Shown: positions 33,531 through 46,280 of the stretch, piece after piece | Layout of the letters: every line of letters begins with the position of its first letter | How positions within the stretch are numbered: the first letter of the stretch is position 1 | NCBI GenBank assembly: GCA_950097015.1 | Contig: CATNEN010000007.1 | Span: 12,586,001-12,650,000, forward strand | Direction of reading: 5' to 3' | Origin: Macrostomum hystrix | Taxonomy: Eukaryota; Animalia; Platyhelminthes | Length of the DNA stretch: 64,000 nt | The notes under the pieces: model-generated | Databases searched by the model: none | The model's input: only the letters and a program-made list of their open reading frames with translations | What the model was told of the DNA's origin: nothing | Translations under genes and position numbers: made by a program

Positions 33531-33832
33531 GTGATTCTGGAAGATGTTTCATCGGATGGAGCGGAATGTTCTGGTGATTCTGGAAGATGTTTCATCGGAT
33601 GGAGCGGAATGTTCTGGTGATTCTGGAAGATGTTTCATCGGATGGAGCGGAAAGTTCTGGTGATTCTGGAAGATTTTTCATCGGATGGAGCGGAAAGTTC
33701 TGGTGATTCTGGAAGATGTTTCATCGGATGGAGCGGAATGTTCTGGTGATTCTGGAAGATGTTTCATCGGATGGAGCGGAATGTTCTGGTGATTCTGGAA
33801 GATGTTTCATCGGATGGAGCGGAATGTTCTGG
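33531..33832. repeat. 43-bp minisatellite, 7 copies
   Basis: GTGATTCTGGAAGATGTTTCATCGGATGGAGCGGAATGTTCTG repeated. Confidence 0.95.
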
Positions 33833-34689
33833 CCCGTGTTCTGGATTTTCATGGTGATTGGTTGAATATTTTGCTAGGTACAGAAAAAGACCATCAAACT
33901 TATAAAATAAGATGAGCGCAGAGCAGATCTTTGAGCAGAATGTACGCATGCGATGTTTTGCAATACGAGCTACTCGTACTTCAGTTGGTCATTTATTTGT
34001 TTGGAATGCCTCACTGTTTTCGATCTCATTAATATTTTGGATTATTCGACGTTGATCTATATATATAAAAGTGAAAACTCTGTCTGTCTGTCTGTGTGTG
34101 TGCAACCTTTTGTCTTTATAGACGCCGAAACCGCTCAACCAAATCGCACCAAACTTTGCACATACCTAAAACCACCTACGCTGAGTGCAATAGGCTACTC
34201 AAATTCCCGAAAAATCATTTCCTTCCTGCTCAAAAGTGCAAAAAACTGCTCAAAAATCGTCAAAAAATCACTCAATTCGACATATCGTCGCCCCACTTTG
34301 TCAGATTTTCTCCAAATTTGATCCACTTACACTTTACATGTTTTCCAACAATGCTGTCAATTTTGAACATCTCTACTCAATCCAGAGCAAAGCTGCATCA
34401 TCTCAAAGTGAGTCACTTTTTGTTTTCCGAGGACAGCCACCCCAACTCCCCTCCGCCACTCTGCGGGCCAAATTTTATTACAGCCACCCCCTCCCTTCCC
34501 CGGGCGCCGAAGCCCCAGACTGTACATTGTATTTCAAGCCGTGAATGTACACAGCCCAAACCCCTAGACTGTCTACTGGCCCCCAAGCAGCACTGAGACT
34601 GAGTGCGGTGAGTGCGGTGGCGTCCCAGTGCGCAGGGCTCTCCGGTCTATATTTCTCTCCAGCCAGCCTGGGATAGAAGAAAGAGAGAG

Positions 34690-35661
34690 GCTGGCGATCA
34701 ACTGATGGGTGGTGTCACTCTGCTGCTGTCTGGAGACTTTAGACAGACGCTGCCTGTGATTCCGCGTGGCACTCCTGCTGATGAGATTAATGCTTGCCTA
34801 AAATCATCTCACCTGTGGCCATCGGTTGTGAAGTTGCACCTACGAACAAACATGAGAGCTACAATTCAAGGAGACGAAACAGCTCATGAGTTCTCTGCCA
34901 ATCTATTGCGAATCGGCAATGGTCTGCTGGAGATTAGCACCGAGGATGGGCAGTCATCGATCGCTACAATCGGAACCATTGTGCAGTCAGTGCAGGAGCT
35001 CAAGGCAAAAGTTTACCCGAACCTGATGGTTCGATATGCTGACGTTGACTGGCTGTCAGAGAGGGCAATTCTGTGTCCTAGAAATGATGCCGCCAACGAA
35101 ATTAACTACCAACTGCTTCAGGAGTTGCCAGGTGCAGTTTTCACCTACAAGTCAATTGATACAACGTTGACTGATGACACCGCTGTGGAGTATCCTGTTG
35201 AGTTTCTGAACTCTCTAGATCCTCCTGGAACTCCATCGCACAACTTGCAGCTGAAAGTTGGGGCACCAATTATGCTCCTCCGCAACCTGAATGCGCCAAG
35301 GCTGTGTAACGGCACCAGACTGATAGTCAGGCGGCTCTTCCCACACGTGATTGAGGCCACGATAATGACTGGATCTGGCAGAGGAGAGTCTGTGTTCGTT
35401 CCCCGGATTCCAATTATCCCCACGGACCTGCCATTTCAGTTCAAGCGACTGCAGTTCCCTGTGAGAGTGTGCTTTGCGATGACTATTAACAAGGCTCAGG
35501 GACAGTCGCTGAAGGTGGCTGGCATCAACCTGGAGACTCCTTGCTTCTCGCATGGGCAGCTTTATGTCGCCTGCTGCCGTGTTGGAACTCCAGCTGGCCT
35601 ATTCATTTTCGCACCAAGGGGAATAACGATGAATGTGGTGTATCCCCAGGCCTTGAGGTGA
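34690..35661 (+). pseudogene. Helitron RepHel fragment: C-terminal half of the PIF1-family helicase (no Rep domain, no motifs I-II)
   Basis: SGDFRQTLPV, LRTNMR, AILCPRN, LKVGAPIMLLRNL, LCNGTRL, QFPVRVCFAMTINKAQGQSL, HGQLYVACCRV, NVVYPQAL. Confidence 0.9.
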
Positions 35662-35813
35662 CTCGCAAGCAATTAATAGAAAAGTAGTCACGAAATGACC
35701 TTGACCTGTCTAACTCTGAACTCTGAAACAGTTTAATTTTGTTTCTTTGACATTGTTATTGTTATGCCATGGCTATTTTCCTTATGTATACGCGTGTACA
35801 TGCATACTGTATA

Positions 35814-36088
35814 CAGAGGCAGATTTAGGGGGGGGGGGCGGGGGGCAGTCGCCCCCCTAAATTTTAATCATGGGAATAAGATGCCCCCACCAGGGGCGCC
35901 AGTCGCAGCACTGGCGCCCCTTTTCGGCCGCTGGCGCCCCTTTTTCAGCCGCTGGCTCCCGTTTTTCAGCCGCTGGCGCCCTTTCTTGGCTCCTGGCGCC
36001 CTTTTTCGGCTGCTGGCACCCCCTCTGTGATTCTCATGGCGCTCCCCTGACAGACCGCCCCAAAACAAAATTCCTGGATCTGCCACTG
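35814..36088. mobile_element. 275-bp MITE with hAT-like CAG(T/A)GGCAGAT termini, nested in the Helitron
   Basis: Left CAGAGGCAGATTTAGG and right CCTGGATCTGCCACTG are imperfect 16-bp TIRs. Internal ~20-bp GCTGGCGCCCTTTTT repeats. No clear TSD. Confidence 0.65.
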
Positions 36089-37648
36089 ACATGTTTCTAA
36101 AGAAGTAATCAAGAGGGGGCTGTTTGGACAAACTTTTCACTTATTTTTTACTTAAAACGCCCTTAAACAAACTCTTCACTTTTCATTAATGCAGTAAATA
36201 AATAAATGGTGACCTTCACTATAAAGTTAATACAGAGACGTGAATTGCTTACTGCTTTGCTTTAAATTTCTGCTCCAAAAACAACGGGCAAAAAAAGCTA
36301 GTAATTTAATAATTAAAAGTAACTATTTATTCACTTATATCACTTAGACTGTAAAATATTTAATCACTCATTAAGTTCTCCAATTTTCTAAATGGTGTCT
36401 GTGAGCCAGCAGCTTTGCGAATCGCTTCGCAGACGGCAGCTAGCACTTTTGCTCGAGTGCGCTGAGGCTGAGGAGTGGACGGCAGTCCCGCCCAGCGGAC
36501 AAGTGTCCGAGTGTCCACCTCGCACATTGGGGTGAGGCAGCGGCCAGAGCTCCTCATCTGAAGCGGCTCCCCGCCCAGCCCGGAATCCGAGAAATCGATC
36601 AATTATCGGAAGGGGAGGCGCGGCTGAGATCGCGGTTCTGGCGCCCGCCCCAGCCTCCGCTGTTGTGATCTGGATCGGCATGCGGCGGACAAGTCGCCAT
36701 TCCCAGTGCCTGATGGGCGGCCCCGGCCTGATTTCATTCCGCAGTTGCACAACTGCTTGGCTGCCTGGCCCTGCTGAACAGTGAGAACAAAACCTAATTA
36801 GCCCGGCAGCGCGGCAGATCTTAACAAGTGAGCCGCTTAAATCAGGGGTTTAGAGAAGCGGAGCTGCGAAGCAGCGCGAGTTTTGGAGCCGCGAGCAGAC
36901 CGCAATGCTGCGCATGGAGGGAGGGAGGCGCTCTGCTGCTCACGCTGCAAACTGCTCAGTGCGCGAGTGAATGTCTGAGCACACTGCCGGCTAGCTGGGG
37001 TGGCTGGCTGTCCCCTGCGCGGCTCCTCCGATCTGGCAAAATCGATTCGGCAAATTTTGGAGGGCAGAGCGGCTGCCTGGGCAGAGCGGAGGGCGCCGTA
37101 TGAAGTCGGAGGGCGGACCGCGTGCGCAGCACACAGGGCGGCATAAAAACTTGCTGGCTGCTCTCAGTGCCGCCTTCAACCGTTTTTTTTCTTGTGCGCG
37201 CGGCCATTAAATGGGATCTTGATGAGATCAGTTCCTGGGGATTTGCTCTGAGCCGCTTCTCTGCTTGACCTCTGGGCGTGGGCGTTCGGGGTGGGAGCCC
37301 TGCCGAGGTCGAAGAGGAGCGCCTCGATGGGGATTGTTTTTGGGAGCTTTTCGTGCTTCCGAATTCTGGAGCTGACAGGCGGACGGGAGGTGACGCCGCT
37401 GACTCAGCCTGTCACCAACTCCAGCAGTGCTGGGAGAATACTCAAAACTGCTCAGAACTGCATTGATCGATGCTAAATTGCAGGCCTCTGAGTGCGTGCC
37501 TCACTGCCTGCAGCTGTGATTAACTGTCCAGCCTCTCCACTGAACTACTGTGCAGCCGGCGCCCGGGCGAACTCAGGACCGAGCCAGTCAGCTCGAACTG
37601 CCCAGTTGATGGGCAGTGCACGCTGGATTCAGAAATATAGATTCATTA

Positions 37649-38310
37649 AGACAGTGGGTGGCATTGGAACTAGCTGTTAGACAGTGGGTGGCATTGGAAC
37701 TAGCTGTTAGACAGTGGGTGGCATTGGAACTAGCTGTTAGACAGTGGGTGGCATTGGAACTAGCTGTTAGACAGTGGGTGGCATTGGAACTAGCTGTTAG
37801 ACAGTGGGTGGCATTGGAACTAGCTGTTAGACAGTGGGTGGCATTGGAACTAGCTGTTAGACAGTGGGTGGCATTGGAACTAGCTGTTAGACAGTGGGTG
37901 GCATTGGAACTAGCTGTTAGACAGTGGGTGGCATTGGAACTAGCTGTTAGACAGTGGGTGGCATTGGAACTAGCTGTTAGACAGTGGGTGGCATTGGAAC
38001 TAGCTGTTAGACAGTGGGTGGCATTGGAACTAGCTGTTAGACAGTGGGTGACATTGGAACTAGCTGTTAGACAGTGGGTGGCATTGGAACTAGCTGTTAG
38101 ACAGTGGGTGGCATTGGAACTAGCTGTTAGACAGTGGGTGGCATTGGAACTAGCTGTTAGACAGTGGGTGGCATTGGAACTAGCTGTTAGACAGTGGGTG
38201 CCATTGGAACCCGCTGTTAGACAGTGGGTGGCATTGGAACTAGCTGTTAGACAGTGGGTGGCATTGGAACTAGCTGTTAGACAGTGGGTGGCATTGGAAC
38301 TAGCTGTTAG
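37649..38310. repeat. 30-bp near-perfect minisatellite, 22 copies
   Basis: AGACAGTGGGTGGCATTGGAACTAGCTGTT, with only two variant units. Confidence 0.97.
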
Positions 38311-38712
38311 CCGGAGGCGGTGGCGGTGGCGGCAGCGGCCGTAATGCAGGGCGCATACCTAGAGCAATGAGCTTCGAGCTTGGTCGCCGCCCCAGCCGAT
38401 GATGAAGCGAGGCCGATGTACTTTGTGGCCGGGCCGGAGATCCCCCGGTCGTGAGGCTGCATCGGCCGACCTTCATCATCTGGCCGGCCTGAAGACACCG
38501 CGCACACTGGGCGACTTTCTGCTTGGCAAGGAAACCTGCGGCTTGGGCAGCCGCCCGTCAGCTTTCTCGATCCCTTACTGAAGATTGCGAGCCCCCCAGC
38601 CTGTCAATCAGCGAGCCAGCCTGTCTGTCCGATATCTTTCCAACTTTCTTCCCTTCCTTTGCCCAGTACCCGATGCCCGTTTGACCTTTGACGTCTGCAA
38701 TTGATGAGCTTT

Positions 38713-39500
38713 TGTTTCTGGATGTGCTGTTTCTGAATGTGCTGTTCCTGAATGTGCTGTTCCTGAGTGTGCTGTTCCTGAATGTGCTGTTCCTGAATGT
38801 GCTGTTCCTGAGTGTGCTGTTCCTGAGTGTGCTGTTCCTGAATGTGCTGTTTCTGGATGTGCTGTTCCTGAATGTGCTGTTTCTGAATGTGCTGTTCCTG
38901 AATGTGCTGTTTCTGAATGTGCTGTTCCTGAATGTGCTGTTCCTGAGTGTGCTGTTCCTGAATGTGCTGTTCCTGAGTGTGCTGTTCCTGAATGTGCTGT
39001 TTCTGGATGTGCTGTTCCTGAATGTGCTGTTCCTGAATGTGCTGTTTCTGAATGTGCTATTCCTGAATGTGCTGTTCCTGAATGTGCTGTTCCTGAGTGT
39101 GCTGTTCCTGAATGTGCTGTTCCTGAGTGTGCTGTTCCTGAATGTGCTGTTCCTGAATGTGCTGTTCCTGAATGTGCTGTTCCTGAATGTGCTGTTTCTG
39201 AATGTGCTGTTCCTGAATGTGCTGTTCCTGAATGTGCTGTTCCTGAATGTGCTGTTTCTGGATGTGCTGTTTCTGAATGTGCTGTTCCTGAATGTGCTGT
39301 TCCTGAATGTGCTGTTCCTGAATGTGCTGTTCCTGAATGTGCTGTTTCTGGATGTGCTGTTTCTGGATGTGCTGTTCCTGAATGTGCTGTTCCTGAATGT
39401 GCTGTTCCTGAATGTGCTGTTTCTGGATGTGCTGTTTCTGGATGTACTGTTTCTGAATCTAGAGTTTCCGAATCAAAAGTTTCTGAATTTGCTGTTTCTG
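38713..39500. repeat. 15-bp minisatellite, ~52 copies
   Basis: TGTGCTGTTCCTGAA and variants. Confidence 0.95.
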
Positions 39501-40277
39501 AATTCCGCACTGGCAGAAGGTGGCACCTGCAGCAGCCTCCTATTCCCGCAGCAGCAGAGGAATATCAATGGCGAATGGGGCTGCAGGCGGAGCCTGGGGT
39601 GGGCGGGCTAAGAAAAACAGAGAAGGCAAAACACGGCCGGAGTTCTGGCTGTTGCGACTGTCGATGCCTACTGGCAACAGCAGCCGAGAACTGATGGAGG
39701 GCAGAGAGGCTGGGAAGCTGTTGCAGATTTGAGCACCTTCATCTGACTGCCTCAGCTGCTGAGTTCACAGAGACTCCCCGGCAGCCAGGAGCGCTTACCC
39801 AGCGGCTTCCCACATCTGGGACTGGGACCTGCCAGTGAGTCACCGTGGAGTGACCGATTCCAGCGGACTCAAAGCCCAGACGAACTCAAGGATCCGCAGA
39901 TCCGCAGTTACCCGAGCGGCGAATCAGGGCGATGGGCGATGGGCCGGGGATTTTCTGCGCAGATTTTCTCCCAGCCTGCCCGAAGCCCATTCCACAATCT
40001 GGCCGGGGATCAGTGCAGCGAGTGGGGGGATTTGCCGCTGATGTCGCGAGTCGACAGGCGTGGATTTGGGGAGCTGACGGTCGCTGGAATCGGGGTGGAA
40101 AAGTGCGGCCGAGGCAAACAGGGTTTTGGGCCGCTGGCGTCAGCCACGAGTGATCTATGGCCGGCGACAAGTCCGCGGATATTGCGGCACTCGGAATATT
40201 GCTGCAGGGGCAGCTGCCGCTGGAGGGTCGAGTCTGAGAATGAGCTTGAGAGGTGAAAGGGCGAAGAAAGAACGGGA

Positions 40278-40378
40278 GGGTGAGAGGACAGAGGGTGAGA
40301 GGACAGGGGGTGAGAGGACAGGGGGTGAGAGGACAGGTGGGTGAGAGGGCAGGAGGGTGAGAGGGCAGGTGGGTGAGG
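40278..40378. repeat. 15-bp purine-rich repeat
   Basis: GGGTGAGAGGACAGG, about 6 copies. Confidence 0.8.
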
Positions 40379-40849
40379 GCGGTGCAGTTATTTTTGTGGC
40401 GCTCCGTGTCACGTGCGGGACAGCTCGGTGAGGTGGGGGCGGGCAGGGCGAGAAAGGCAGGGGATGAGGCGGAAAGTCTAATCTGCAGCCGCTTATCTCT
40501 CTGGCGGCATGATGAATGCGATGTGTCGATTCCCGATCCGGGCCTCCCACCGAAGTCGATGAGAGCCGGCTGTCAGAAATTGTGCTAAAGGGAAAAACTC
40601 GGCCTGAGAAAGCGCTTGAGACGCGCAGCTGTGGTTCGGATTCTCAAAACATTCTTTGCGACCATTTTTTCATGCCTCAGGCGCGGGAGGGCAATCCGCC
40701 AGGTAATGCAGAGTGGCCAGGTGAGTCACGCCGGAAATTACGGAAGGTTGGAAGTTCGAATCACGAAATTTTCTATCTAGACTATCAATGCACCGACATA
40801 CACAGACGTCTGAGGGTGCTTGGCCTCAGCAAAAATGAACTTTGCATGT

Positions 40850-41575
40850 GGAATCCCTGGCCAAGTTCTTGGAATTCCCCAGGCCAAGTTCTTGGAATTC
40901 CTCATGCCAAGTTCTTGGAATTCCCCAGGCCAAGTTCTTGGAATTCCTCTGGCCAAGTTCTTGGAATTCCCCAGGCCAAGTTCTTGGAATTTCCCAGGCC
41001 AAGTTCTTGGAATTCCTCTGGCCAAGTTCTTGGAATTCCTCATGCCAAGTTCTTGGAATTCCCCAGGCCAAGTTCTTGGAATTCCTCTGGCCAAGTTCTT
41101 GGAATTCCCCAGGCCAAGTTCTTGGAATTTCCCAGGCCAAGTTCTTGGAATTCCTCTGGCCAAGTTCTTGGAATTCCTCTGGCCAAGTTCTTGGAATTTC
41201 CCAGGCCAAGTTCTTGGAATTCCTCTGGCCAAGTTCTTGGAATTCCCCAGGCCAAGTTCTTGGAATTTCCCAGGCCAAGTTCTTGGAATTCCCCAGGCCA
41301 AGTTCTTGGAATTCCTCATGCCAAGTTCTTGGAATTCCCCAGGCCAAGTTCTTGGAATTCCTCTAGCCAATTTCTTGGGATTCCCCAGGCCAAGTTCTTG
41401 GAATTCCCCAGGCCAAGTTCTTGGAATTCCTCATGCCAAGTTCTTGGAATTCCCCAGGCCAAGTTCTTGGAATTCCTCTAGCCAAGTTTTTGGAATTCCT
41501 CATGCCAAGTTCTTGGAATTCCTCTGGCCAAGTTCTTGGAATTCCTCTGGCCAAGTTCTTAGAACTCCCCAGGCC
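40850..41575. repeat. 23-bp internally palindromic minisatellite, ~31 copies
   Basis: GCCAAGTTCTTGGAATTCCCCAG. Contains the CCAAG-TT-CTTGG and GGAATTCC palindromes. Confidence 0.95.
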
Positions 41576-42042
41576 TTTTTCCCGGAATTGTGAGCTGGTG
41601 CTCAAGACTGGGTCGGCATTCAACTTGCTCCCGGGGCAACTTCCGTCATCGGACGGCTCTCAGCTGCTCATTGAATTTGCCCCGTCTGGCGGGCTGTGAG
41701 GAAAAGATTTGTTTTCTAATTGCTCCTCAGCTCCGGACTCCACGCGGATGTACTTTTAGTGGCTGGCTGGCCGGCATGCGGGTTTGAGAATGGACTTCGG
41801 CAGCCGCTGTTCTGTGTCAGGACCTTTTAGTCCGGCCAATGAGTGTTATCTCTGGGTGCCAGCCCACGCTGCGGCCGCTGGGCTAATGGCTGGGTCGTTC
41901 GCCTCCTTGCGGGACGGCCGATTTTTCATATACGAGTAAAACTGGCGCTTCATTTTATGACCTTCTGGATTATGAGGCCGCTACTTTCTGAGACTTGGAA
42001 GGCCGGCCGCTTGCCGAACCTCGAACTGAGCAGACAGAAGTC

Positions 42043-43384
42043 TCTGAGATTCTCACACTGGGGTGACATCTGAGATTCTCACACTGGGGTGACATCTGAG
42101 ATTCTCACACTGGGCTGACATCTGAGATTCTCACACTGGGGTGACATCTGAGATTCTCACACTGGGCTGACATCTGAGATTCTCACACTGGGGTGACATC
42201 TGAGATTCTCACACTGGGGTGACATCTGAGATTCTCACACTGGGGTGACATCTGAGATTCTCACACTGGGGTGACATCTGAGATTCTCACACTGGGGTGA
42301 CATCTGAGATCCTCACACTGGGGTGACATCTGAGATCCTCACACTGGGGTGACATCTGAGATTCTCACACTGGGGTGACATCTGAGATCCTCACACTGGG
42401 GTGACATCTGAGATTCTCACACTGGGGTGACATCTGAGATTCTCACACTGGGGTGACATCTGCGATCCTCACACTGGGGTGACATCTGAGATTCTCACAC
42501 TGGGGTGACATCTGAGATCCTCACACTGGGGTGACATCTGAGATTCTCACACTGGGGTGACATCTGAGATCCTCACACTGGGGTGACATCTGAGATTCTC
42601 ACACTGGGGTGACATCTGAGATTCTCACACTGGGGTGACATCTGAGATTCTCACACTGGGGTGACATCTGAGATCCTCACACTGGGGTGACATCTGAGAT
42701 TCTCACACTGGGGTGACATCTGAGATTCTCACACTGGGGTGACATCTGAGATTCTCACACTGGGGTGACATCTGAGATTCTCACACTGGGGTGACATCTG
42801 CGATCCTCACACTGGGGTGACATCTGAGATTCTCACACTGGGGTGACATCTGAGATTCTCACACTGGGGTGACATCTGAGATTCTCACACTGGGGTGACA
42901 TCTGAGATCCTCACACTGGGGTGACATCTGAGATTCTCACACTGGGGTGACATCTGAGATTCTCACACTGGGCTGACAATCTGAGATTCTCACACTGGGG
43001 TGACATCTGAGATTCTCACACTGGGGTGACATCTGAGATCCTCACACTGGGGTGACATCTGAGATTCTCACACTGGGGTGACATCTGAGATTCTCACACT
43101 GGGGTGACATCTGAGATTCTCACACTGGGGTGACATCTGAGATCCTCACACTGGGGTGACATCTGAGATTCTCACACTGGGGTGACATCTGAGATTCTCA
43201 CACTGGGGTGACATCTGAGATTCTCACACTGGGGTGACATCTGAGATCCTCACACTGGGGTGACATCTGAGATTCTCACACTGGGGTGACATCTGAGATT
43301 CTCACACTGGGGTGACATCTGAGATTCTCACACTGGGGTGACATCTGAGATTCTCACACTGGGGTGACATCTGAGATTCTCACA
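42043..43384. repeat. 26-bp minisatellite, ~51 copies, starting 65 nt into CNG intron 1
   Basis: TCTGAGATTCTCACACTGGGGTGACA repeated. Confidence 0.95.
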
Positions 43385-43449
43385 ATGGGGAGAACTCAAT
43401 AAGCCGAGGTCAGACGCTGATCCGCAGAGGCAAGCTGAGCGGCACTCAC

Positions 43450-44614
43450 CCTGGAAATCCCTCCTGGCCATGCTGGTGTTGGCCACAATGTTGGACACGT
43501 GGCCCAGCACGGTAGCGAACAGAAGCAGGCAGAAGACGATCTCGCAGATGACGAACACGTAGTGACCAAGGGCGTTCGGCTTGGGCATCTCGGCCATGAG
43601 CGTGACGGCCATGCTGCTCCAGTACAGGGAGAACAGGTACTGCTCGTCCACGCTGCTGGTGTTGGAGTTCGGGAAGTACCAGAGCTCCGCTCGCCAGCTG
43701 CCGCCGTGCAGGTGGACGTGGGACAGGAACTCGGGGTTGTGGTCGATGACGAGCTTCAGCACGCAGGCGTTGGCGTGGATGATGAGCATGAGGTAGTGGC
43801 CGAGCTTCAGGGAGCGGATGAGGTTCGGATAGTTGGCGTGCCGCTCCGTGCGGTCCAGGAACTGGAAGAACTTGTACACCTTGCACAGGCGGAAGGCGCG
43901 CACAACGGACTTGAAGCCGAAGGACAGGTAGAGGAAGTCCAGGGGCAGCATGCACAGGCAGTCGATGTAGAAGCGGGTGCTGTTCATGTAGTGCAGCCGC
44001 ATCTTCAGCCGGTCAATCTGCAGGACGCCATCCTCCAGGTAGCCGGTGCGGAAGGACACGGCGATGTCCAGCAGGTAGATGAGGTCCATGGCGTAGTCCA
44101 GGGTGAACCAAACCCGCATGGTGGAGGCCTCGATCTCCATGAAGGCCACGCGGAACAGGATCACCCACAGATTGTACAGGAAGGCCAGGGACACCACGGT
44201 GCACCACCAGTGGATGAACTGGCCCGCCGGGTCGAACACAATCCGGCTGCCTCGGCAACAGCCGGACGACCCGGCGCCAGGGCCGGACGACGAGCAGGCG
44301 CCGCCGCCGCCCCCAGCACAGCCGGCGCCACCGCCGGAGCCTCCGCCAGCGGCTCCGGTGCCGAACCGCTCCTTCATGTCGCGCCGCCGCTGCTTGCGCA
44401 ACTCGCGCAGCGTCAAGTTGCACCGATTGGTGTTGGCGCCGGAGGCCACGGAGAAATTGTCTGACGGAGCGCGCCGCACAGCCCCCATGCCGCGCACCGT
44501 GCTGAGCAGACTCTGCCTAGAAACAGCCGTCAGAGCCGCGTACTCGGCGGCTGTGGAGCGGCCGTGGCCGCCGCTGCGGTGGCTCTGCAGTGGCCCGTTC
44601 GGCTTCGACTGCAT
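43450..44614 (-). CDS. Cyclic-nucleotide-gated cation channel alpha-type subunit, exon 1 (N-terminus, S1-S6, pore). Full CDS join(44614-43450, 33291-32998, 29184-28879, 27917-27199), ~827 aa
   Basis: VFDPAG...FLYNLW, DYAMDLIYLLDI, FRTGYLEDG, LPLDFLY, FLDRTE, IIHANAC, YLFSLYWSS...EMPKP, LLFATVLGHV. GTGAGT donor at 43449 and an in-frame stop upstream of ATG 44614. Confidence 0.93.
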
Positions 44615-45419
44615 TGACAGCGCCCGGTTGCCGCTCGCCGCTTGCCGGAGGCTTCAGCGCTGCGTACGGGACGCTCGTGTAAAAAGACGCAGCCCACCCT
44701 GCATTGCCTGGCGTCCATTGGTCCGCTGGCTCCCGGCCAATCCGAGTCTGTCGCGTGGCTGCAGCCGAGGCGAGCAGCAAACGGAGAGGCGCCGTCTCCG
44801 TGTCCCTGCGCGGTGGGCAAGTTTTAATCAGCGAGGTGCGCTGATCTGTCTCTGTCCCAGGTCGTGCCAATTCTGATTGATTTTTCCTGCCCGCTTGCTC
44901 TCTGAGGAGATTATCACGCACTCGGAAGCGCTTGCGGAGGTTGGCGGGAGATCCTTGAGCACCCCCCGACCCTCCCAGCCCACTGCTGCGGCCTGGGACC
45001 TCCTGAGCAGTGCGAGGCGAGGCGTGAGCAAGCAAAAATTAGTTGCTTCTCGAGGGGGCCACTTGGCAGGGGAGCAGGACAGGCAGGTAATCCGGCCGTG
45101 TAAGCCGGGGCTGACAAGGCGGGGTGGCGCAGCTGACAGCGGAGCGGCTCAAGCCCAGACCGCCGCGGTGACCATTGTTTATGACCAGCTGAGTGACTGG
45201 CCGTTGCGGCCACTTTCCCCCCCCCGCTGGCTTGCTGCAGCTCACCTGGGCTGCCCTCCTGTGCGGCTCCGGAACTGCCGCTCGGCAGCCACAGCGAGCG
45301 CAGGTCGCGCGGGGAAATGAAGCGGGGGTGAAGCGGCTCGGAGTGTTTTTCTGAGCAGCTAGAAATATGCGCCCAGAATGAGCACGCGCTACTACACTGC
45401 TCAAAAATGATTCACTAAA

Positions 45420-45592
45420 TTGGTGCTTGGAGCGCCGGTCTTATGACTTAAACGTCAGGGGTTCGATTCTAGACTCCACTTGGAAAAATGTGTGTTCACC
45501 ACCGTTCACTAGCAGTTTAACTGGTGCCAGCAGTAACTGGGCTATTTTAGGGTGGGTGTGGCACCCGTCCCCAGTCCATGGACTGAACAGGA
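45420..45592 (+). mobile_element. tRNA-derived SINE copy, same family as 2762-3232
   Basis: B box GGTTCGATTCTAGACTCCAC and tail GTGTGGCACCCGTCCCCAGTCCATGGACTGAACAG. Confidence 0.65.
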
Positions 45593-46280
45593 CAATCGGG
45601 ACCTGAGAGACTGGAGACTGACCGATGGGGACCTCGGTTTCGTCACTTTCAACTTTCTACCCGCGATGGAGTAAAGTTGGATGGTCGATTGGATCAAGAA
45701 AGTCCCTCAGCGCTTTCGCCTCAATGCTTCAAGCGGACCTAGTTTGCCTTTCGAAAATGCTACATAGAACTAAGCTAACGCCGAAACTATTTAACGTCAA
45801 AGACTTGTCGAAATGGGCGGGTCTGATGATGTACAAACTAGATTTGCTTAGTAGGTCAGCTATGGAGCAGCCAGCAATGTCCCTGATCAATAATGCAGCG
45901 GCTGTCCTCCGCATTTTCACAATTCTGAAGTTGAAATGCGCTAAACCTGAAGTGGCTTGAGAAGCTGCCAAGCCGGGACTCCAGGCTGATCCTCAGCTTT
46001 CTGCGCTGAGGCTGACGCGAGCTCGCACTGCCGCAGAAGGCGGACATCTGCGCTGAGCAAAACTAAAAGTTTTTTTAAGTTTTGACAAAGCTCAAAGCCC
46101 TGAACAATCCGCTTCTTGTTTCTATGCGCTTTCTATAGCCACAGGATTTAGAGGATTTGGGAGGTGGGAAGAAGACAGCGGCCTGCTGCCACTCAACAGG
46201 AATTAAACCAGGGAGCAGAACTGGATATGGAAATCAGAAAGGGAAGGAGAAAGCGAAAATGGCCGGATTTTGTTGAGACA

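Larger units (their letters stand above)
34056..36301 (+). mobile_element. Non-autonomous (internally deleted) Helitron in CNG intron 1
   Basis: 5' end A|TCTATATATATAAAA followed by a (CTGT)n/(GT)n tract, 3' end ...CAACGGGCAAAAAAAGCTAG|T, insertion between A and T, and an internal PIF1-helicase fragment. Confidence 0.82.

Noticed and set aside
29467-41699. Many ORFs of 70-320 aa in the CNG introns (SWIILDYLG, GYRRTRWG, RQWVALELAV, GTAHS, PSSWNS types)
   Set aside because: They are translations of minisatellites in several frames and have no splice or homology support.
43499-44876. Long antisense ORFs over CNG exon 1, and similar ones over FIGNL1, mannosidase and TALPID3
   Set aside because: Expected shadows of GC-rich codon usage on the opposite strand.
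45625-46070. Short ORFs on both strands and an acceptor-like TTTTAGTTTTGCTCAG on the minus strand near 46053
   Set aside because: No domain similarity and no matching donor identified. It could be a CNG 5' UTR exon or trans-splice site, but this cannot be supported from sequence alone.
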